A DNA stretch of 64,000 bases from NCBI GenBank assembly GCA_030704615.1, contig CM060732.1, positions 79,856,001 through 79,920,000 of the forward strand, given 5' to 3'. The notes below the pieces were generated by a model, which made no database searches, had not been told where the DNA came from, and was given only the letters and a program-made list of their open reading frames with translations. Numbering within the stretch: the first letter of the stretch is position 1; each line of letters opens with the position of its first letter. This document shows, one piece after another, positions 57,001-64,000 of the stretch. Both the position numbers and the translations under genes were made by a program. The DNA comes from Takakia lepidozioides (Eukaryota; Plantae; Bryophyta).

Positions 57001-60000
57001 TTCATGATGGTTATTTTTCTCACGGGACTTGTCTCTATGATCCTAATGCGAACTTTACGGAATGACTATGCCAAATATGCCCGTGATGAAGATGATTTGG
57101 AAATACTGGTTTGGTTACTACACATTCAGATCTCAGTTTCCTGTTACTTCTTAGATGTCCCATTTCTAGATTGGTTGATGAACCTGACTGTCTTTGATGT
57201 ACTCTTTTGTATGTTGAGACCAGCATTGAATTGGAAGCGAGCTATTTGAGTGAGCAATCAGTGCTTTTGCATTCAGGGTGCAATGACGTTACCACTTTGA
57301 AACCCACGTATTTGAGTGTTGAGAATGTACTCATAAGACGTTGTTTGTCGTAGCCTTGTGGCCATTGATCCCGCGCCCAGTTTGAGCGGAACACAAAGGG
57401 ACGGAACCTACCTTTGTCAGGGGCTGACGCCGGTAGTAAGACTTACCTTGGAATAAACAATTGATCCAGGTTTTCCAGATATCCTCTAGAAATCCCTTTA
57501 CACAAGCATCAACCTGCTGTGTTTGTTTTGCCCAATAACTATGCCCCAAGAGGGCCTGGGCTTTTGGCTCAGCCTCGAGACTTTCAAAGTTGGTAAACAG
57601 AGGTACAGGCACAATTCCCTTGATAGATTTGAAGAGAGCGTCTCTCTGGAGAGAGAAACCCGGACAATGAATCAGGAAATGAATATTGTCTTCAGGTTGC
57701 CCACACAACGGGCAATTGCACTCTCCCTTTCCTCTCTGCTTCTGTTTGCTGTTCAAAGGTAGGCTTCCTGCCCTGAGTTTAAATGTCAGTCTAGTGCCGA
57801 GAGTGGGTAGACCCTTGAGGTCATCCATGATGTCCTCCCCCATGTCACAGACTGGAAACAAGTTCAGGGAAGTTTTCTGCCTAACTTCATTTTTGAGTGT
57901 TGAGAGATAGATTGTAGGGGTCGCATGGCATACAAGGTCAGTTGGAGGCTGGAATGTTCATTTGTGGTATTGAGGACCTCCGGCCTCTTTTTAGTGGATA
58001 TGCTGTTGCCTGCAGCTTTGTGCAATTTTCCTTCATTTATTTTGACCAATGCAAAAATTTACTGGAGTGGACGGATACAGATTTGGGCAGGAACATGTAT
58101 TTTGAACAGGCAGAACATTTTAGCCTTTCCTGGAAGTCCCAGGAGCAACATTTCTGTTGAAAGCTTGGATATAACTGACTCGTAGTTGGAATTGGCAGGA
58201 GAGGGATGTAAATGATGAGTCAGGGTGGAAATTGGTTCATGGAGATGTGTTCCGTTCCCCCCAAAATCTGGTCCTCTTGTCAGCATTGGTGGGGACTGGA
58301 GCTCAGCTAGCAATGCTCGTGTTCCTTGTGATCCTGGTTGCGAGCATTGGCATGCTATATGTTGGGTATGTTTCTCCTGTCCCTGGATGCCACAATGCAA
58401 GGACTGTGCAGTAAGGTGAAGAGTATTGAAAATCAGAAGCAAAGTTGCAAGTTACTGGTTCTCTCATGGAATATTAGAAACAGTTCATTGTAGCATCTGT
58501 AGGGAATCAATGCACAAGAGAAATGTCATTGGAGGCCCCTTTGTAGAAGCATGTGTTTGTAAAGCAGTGCTGTGAGGGCCACCTGACTGGGAAGACATTA
58601 AACCCACTCCTGCTTCGTCCTTCTGTTGCAAGCTGGGGTCTGATGACACTTCTCCTATGTGGCAGTCGTGGAGCCATTGGCACAGCTTTCATCATGTGTT
58701 ATGCTTTTACATCAGTCATCTCAGGATATGTGAGCGGTGGCTTTTATTCTCGCAATGATGGTAATTTGTGTCATCTTATCAAGTTTGTCAGGGTTAAAGA
58801 GTCCTTTGTGGTTTTTACTCTGGCTTCGATGCAATTTTTGGTGAATCAGCTTTGGTGCTCTGATAGTAAATTGGCTTTTGAACAGAAGTAGGTTTAAATA
58901 CGAGGTGTTGCAGTGTATCAACATACATGAACCATAGACTGCAGTATCAAAGGCAAGCCATAAGGCTAGGGGATCTTGGGTGACACTGCCACCAACCTTT
59001 GCTTACAAGTTTAAAGGGAATTATAGTTCTGGCCTGGAGTTTGTCCTCAGATCTCTGCACACTTGGGCCATTAGCTGTTGGAGTTCTATGCCTTCTCATT
59101 GAGTGGTAGTTTCTATGGTGGTTAAGAACCTCGTGTGCAAGAAACGTCAAGCTACTGATCATATCCGCATCTTAAATTTTTTTTTTTTTTTGGAAGATAC
59201 TCAGTCTCTACTGGCCATCAGGCAACTGCTTACATCTTATTGTTGTGGCACTCCACTGCAGGAAAGCATTGGATCAAGTCAATGTTGCTAACTGCTTCTC
59301 TGTTCCCATTCACGTGTTTCGGCATTGGCTTCCTTTTGAATATTGTTGCCATCTTCTACCATTCCCTCGCAGCAATTCCTTTTGGCACTATGGTATGTGC
59401 TAAGCCAAGTTATGTCTCCATCCCTGCCCTTACTGTGGCCATGGCAGATGGAAGCGGTCAAAGATTCTTTTTTATTATCATTCCTTTAAGATTCTGTAAA
59501 ATCAGCCATGATGCATTATCTGTCAATCATGCGATATGTTCTTCTGGAAGAATGTTATGTAGTAGTCATTATAAAAGTTTGAACTTTTTTTGGCTGACAC
59601 AGTTGTGTGATGGTTTGGTGGATGTATCAGGTGGTAGTCTTTGTCATATGGGCTTTCATCTCATTTCCTTTAACACTTTTAGGAACGGTGTTGGGCCGCA
59701 ATTGGAGTGGGATCCCTGACAACCCTTGCAGAGTCAAAACCATCCCTCGTCCAATCCCTGAGAAGAAGTGGTATCTGACACCTTCAGTGGTTGCTCTCAT
59801 GGGTGGATTGCTTCCTTTTGGGAGTATCTTTATCGAAATGTACTTTGTTTTCACCTCCTTCTGGAATTACAAGGTATGATTGCATTTATGAATCCATGCT
59901 TTCACTGTAAATTTTTAGTGCTGAACCCACCTCTTGAATGTGAATGTGGAGTTATTGTTTTGTGGCCTGTTCAGGTCGAGAAAGTTTTACACATTAAACT

Positions 60001-60945
60001 TCCCTGGCCACAATTATGAGCGTACACCCAACCTAGTCCGGACAGGACAAACGACGGGGAGTGGGGCATGAGTGCAGAGTAGGAAGGGGTCTACTGCAAA
60101 TGCAAAAGCTTAGCGGGATCTCCAAGGGTTGTACAGTGGATCCTGGCCTCCAGAAAGCTCTTGATCATAGCATTAGTTTGATGCAAAATGAATTGGGATG
60201 AAGGAGGGGTGAAATGGGGATTACGTGGGCAGATTTCGTCTTCAGCTGCACTGTATTAGAACTTGCCAGAATCTTCGTCTTTTGATTGACATATAAGCAA
60301 GTCCATTCTCTGCGCATCCTGACATACACCTCTTGTTGGCAGGTGTACTATGTCTATGGCTTCACGCTGCTGGTGTTTTTGATACTCATCATAGTGACAG
60401 TGTGTGTAACTATTGTGGGGTCCTACTTTTTGCTGAATGCGGAGAACTACAACTGGCAATGGACGTCCTTTTTCTCTGCTGCGTCAACGGGAGGATATGT
60501 GTACCTTTACTCTATATACTACTATTTCCTGAAGACAAAGATGTCAGGGTTCTTTCAAATAAATTTCTACTTCGGCTACACTCTTATGTTCTGCCTTGGT
60601 CTTGGCATTCTTTGTGGTAAGTGGAAATGTTCTTTTGTTGGTGTCATATCTCTGACAAGTTTGAATATCATATGTGCTACAGGAAGATTGGTACCAATAT
60701 AGGACTTTTGAGTACCCATGGAGACACATCCACATTTCTTGCAAGATTAGATATTCACTCAGAATGCACTTTTTATTGTCATCACTATCGTTACAGCAGC
60801 CCATAATTTGGGTTCATTGCCGCACTATTGCTTAAGATTTTGGCTTATATCCCCTCGGCGGTGTGGTTTGGGTACAGGTGCTGTTGGCTATCTAGGCTCA
60901 TCATTGTTTGTTCGACGAATCTACCGAAACATCAAGTGTGATTGA
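54012..60945 (+). CDS. TMN1: Transmembrane 9 superfamily protein (endomembrane protein 70; TMN1/EMP12, TM9SF3-like), 13 coding exons
   Basis: Signal peptide exon 54012-54101; [14 protein letters not shown] (54574-54769); 55032-55136; 18-nt exon 55580-55597; 55926-56023; FFEHQ|[10 protein letters not shown]; [13 protein letters not shown]; [16 protein letters not shown]; [12 protein letters not shown]; C-terminal [12 protein letters not shown] (KxD Golgi-retention motif). Confidence 0.95.
55780..55844 (+). mobile_element. 5'-truncated 3' end of LINE family B in a TMN1 intron
   Basis: ccgctcaaactgg...tcaatggccacaaggctacggcaaacaacgtcttatgagtacat; TSD tctctctctcattt (55766-55779 / 55845-55858). 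Confidence 0.85.
57325..57891 (-). mobile_element. 5'-truncated LINE family B (RTE-X/CR1-group-like C-terminal CCHC domain) in a TMN1 intron
   Basis: [15 protein letters not shown]...[18 protein letters not shown]...FLEDIWK; TSD tttgagtgttgaga (57311-57324 / 57892-57905). Confidence 0.88.
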
Positions 60946-61950
60946 GGTTTGGAGGTTTTTTGCTGCTATAAGGACCTTGTGGGGTTGTTTATATATGTGC
61001 CCCACCTTTCAAAAAGTGCTAAAAATGATTAGTTTCATAGTTCTTGGCTGTTGAGTGAGAATTGTTGCCACAGGCATATCAAGAGAGCCAAGTCCTAATA
61101 TTAAGAACCAGACTAGCGCCTAAGGGGAGATCTGTCTCTTCTACTGCAAGTTGAGCATGGAAGGACTTGCCTTTGAAATGTTGATGCATCAGGTTATATA
61201 TCCAGTCCAGGAGGCTGAGCCTTTCTTCTGTCGACTAGGGGAGCGGGTGTTTGATCCTATCTTGTAAGTGTTCCTGTCACCTTTCACTAGCCAGTCACTT
61301 CATCTGCCTTATTGAAAAGGTTCTCAGAGTTGTTGGTAACTAAGCTTGTAGCATTTTCCCATGGTGTGGACTTGCTACATACATACGCAGGCATCCCCTT
61401 CTCCTTACAATCAATGCCAGGGTGGCTAGTGTGTTTTTCTGCGCAAAAACCAAGGGTAGACTTGTGACTGGCAGGGTTGTTCCACTGGCTGCCATCCTGC
61501 TCTCTTTACTTTGGTGTTGCAGTATATGTGAATTCGTGTCAAGCACGCTGTGGATGAGAGCTCTTGTGTCAGAAAACCCTGCGATGACCCTCCTCTCGCG
61601 CACTGCTCGTCTCTTCTTGCTTGCCCCTTGTTGTTAAAAGTCGGTTCATATTCTTCACGCTCACTTTGAGGCTTCACATGACTTCCATCTTTTTTTATTT
61701 TTTTATTTTAAGGTACCTCACTTCAAAGTTATTACACATGGTAGTGTGTGCTTTATGTTGCGACAACCTTTAATATCAAGTCCGAACTATTGTCAACTAC
61801 CACATTCACAGGTCCGCTGTATTTACTCTTGCCAACAAGCATAAATCTTTGGCGCGTTGAAAAAATCCTCAAGTACTCCAAAGATTTACATACGTCAGTA
61901 AAGGCCCTCCTAGTTTTCAGGCCTTCCCCTTCGGCTGGCGCCGTAGGGCT

Positions 61951-62236
61951 GGGGCCCCAAATCAGGAACGCCCTCCACTCGGGCCTCCCCTACGCCAAAC
62001 TCACCTGGCCATGCAAAACATGGTGCACACGACATGTGGTTGACTGGTTGGAACGTTCGCGGCATGGCTTGGGGCCCTCAAATCAGGAATGCCCTCTACT
62101 CCGGCTTTCCCCTATACCAACTTCATGTGGCCATGTAGAACATGGTGCATACGACATGTGGTTGACTAGTGCACGTCATGGCAGGGGGCCCTTAAATTAG
62201 GAACGCCCTTCACTCGGACCTTTCCCTACACCGACA
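61951..62236 (+). repeat. ~115-120 bp tandem repeat (2.5 units), probably retroelement-derived
   Basis: ggggccc.aaatcaggaa.gccctc.act units at 61951, 62071 and ~62185. Confidence 0.75.
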
Positions 62237-62239
62237 TCT

Positions 62240-62820
62240 TGAGTCTTGAGTCTTGACCCATGTACACGTACCTTTTCTTCTATAGCATTCATCCTACAAC
62301 ATCGTAATTTCTCATCCCATCGGTTGGAATTTCTGGATTGCACCCATTGAAGATTTTCAGGTTTATCAAATTCCATGGTGGGTGTATGTAGGTGTTGTCC
62401 AGTGGTTGCAGTTCATGCAGTTCTTTTCTATGTTGTTGATGGGAAAGCGTTGAATTGGTTCATCTGTGGTGGTCTGCTATCAGCTGGATTTGAAATTCCG
62501 TGTAAGAATCAACACGAAGAGTTTCTCCTCCACTTCCTAGGAGTTATATTTGTCCATATAACCCGCTCATTCAGAGTGGTAGTGCATGTTGTTCCATATT
62601 TGTCTAAACGTGTTTTGCGGGCAACATCTAATATCTCCAGGTATCTCTGTGTGTGTATTAGAACTAGTTGTAGGGTGTCTTTGAGTGGTAGGGGGTTCCT
62701 CTCACTATATATATTTATACCGTCCCTAGACAACCGTTTAGGCTATAATTAATTCAAAATGAAAGGGCCTAACCAATTTTGTGAATTTTTCAGATTTTGG
62801 CACCCAGTTTTTGCTCTACA
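62240..62820 (-). mobile_element. Possible LTR end (TGTAGAG...) abutting the gypsy pol
   Basis: The minus strand starts tgtagagcaaaaactgggtgccaaaa at 62820 and has a TATA-like tataaatatatatag ~100 nt in; no partner LTR found in the window. Confidence 0.35.
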
Positions 62821-64000
62821 TTATAGAAGTGAAGGAAGAAGGCGATGGGGAGCCGAGCCCAGATTGGATCAAATACCAGGATGTGATGCCGGAGGATTTA
62901 CCAAGCGGCTTGCCACCGCGAAGAGGAGTTGACCACAAGATTGAGGTGATACCGGGATCGGAACCGCCTGCCAAGGCGCCCTACCGGTTGAGCCACAGAG
63001 AGTTGGTCGAGCTGAAGACTCAGCTCAAAGATCTAATGTCAAAGGGGTACATCCGGCCGAATAAGTCACCTTACGGAGCCCCGGTGCTATTCGCAGACAA
63101 GAAGGATGGGACGCTGCGGATGTGTGTCGATTACAGGGCTTTGAATAAGGTGACTATCAAAAACCGGTATCCTTTGCCAATGATCGACGACCTTTTCGAT
63201 CGGATGGCAGGAGCGAAGTATTTTAGCCGGATCAATCTGCGTTCCGGCTATCATCAAATTTGAGTCGCGGAAGGAGATGAGGAGAAGACCGCGTGCAAGA
63301 CAAGGTATGGTTCATATGAGTTCTTGGTGATGTCTTTTGGACTCACCAACGCTCCCACGACCTTTAGCACGCTGATGAACAGCCTTTTCCAGGAGTGGTT
63401 GGATGACTTTGTGATTGTGTACATCGACGACATCTTGGTGTATTCGAAAACAAGGGAGGAGCACCTGGAGCACCTCAAAAGGGTGTTCCAGAAATTGCGG
63501 GAATGGAAGCTCTATGCCAAAGCTTCAAAGTGCGAATTCGGGGTCACAAAAGTGGAGTTCATGGGGCATGTGATTACACAGGATGGGATCAGAATGGATG
63601 ACAGGAAGGTGAGGGCAATCTTGGACTGGGAGCTTCCGACTTCGGTCCCGGGAGTGCGATCCTTCCAAGGACTCGCCTCCTATTACTGGAAGTATGTGAG
63701 AAATTTCGCCAAGATCGCGGGGCCGCTGTCAGACCTTCTGTGTAAATCCAAAGTCTGGGCATGGAACACCTTTTGTGGCCAAGCTATTGCTGAATTGAAG
63801 CAGCGGATGGCGGAAGCTCCAGTCTTGAAAATCCCGGAGTTCGATCGTCCGTTCGAGATTCATAGAGATGCGTCGGACTTCGCGATTGGAGGTGTACTGA
63901 TGCAAGATGGACATCCAGTGGCTTACGAAAGTAAGAAACTGAATGAAGTGGAGCGACGGTGGCCGACGCACGAGAAAGAGATGAAGGCGGTGGTGCATTG
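62821..64000 (+). mobile_element. Ty3/gypsy (chromovirus-type) pol fragment: RT + RNaseH, with a premature stop; runs off the window
   Basis: [42 protein letters not shown] (TGA 63261), FGLTNAP, VYIDDILVYS, DASDFAIGGVLMQDGHPVAYESKKL. Confidence 0.93.

Overview
Nuclear DNA from a non-seed land plant, most consistent with a bryophyte (moss-like). That call is inferred from GT-AG multi-exon genes, PLS-type PPR repeats, a dynein heavy-chain fragment and a Tcn1-like chromovirus. The left arm (1-27 kb) is gene-rich: a lipid-droplet-associated hydrolase (LDAH-like, -), NC2beta/Dr1 (+), an intronless C-terminally truncated MOR1/XMAP215 (-) head-to-head with an intronless RPN2 (+), and an acidic/Lys-rich conserved plant protein (-). 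A ~26 kb nested transposon island (27.7-53.2 kb) follows, then TMN1/EMP12 (+) and a gypsy pol at the right edge. The island can largely be reconstructed by eye. (i) A 6.3 kb non-autonomous CACTA element with an exact 3-bp TSD sits inside an LTR and carries PLS-PPR gene pieces (Pack-CACTA). (ii) A second CACTA with an exact TSD sits in another copy of the same LTR. (iii) That LTR family has a Tf1-type self-priming PBS. (iv) A Dualen/RandI-like LINE appears to encode a chromodomain and was apparently split by a ~4.6 kb inversion. (v) A different LINE family has inserted three times into TC/GA-repeat sites in host introns, each with a TSD. (vi) A tRNA-derived SINE is present twice. Family assignments come from remembered motifs, not from database searches.
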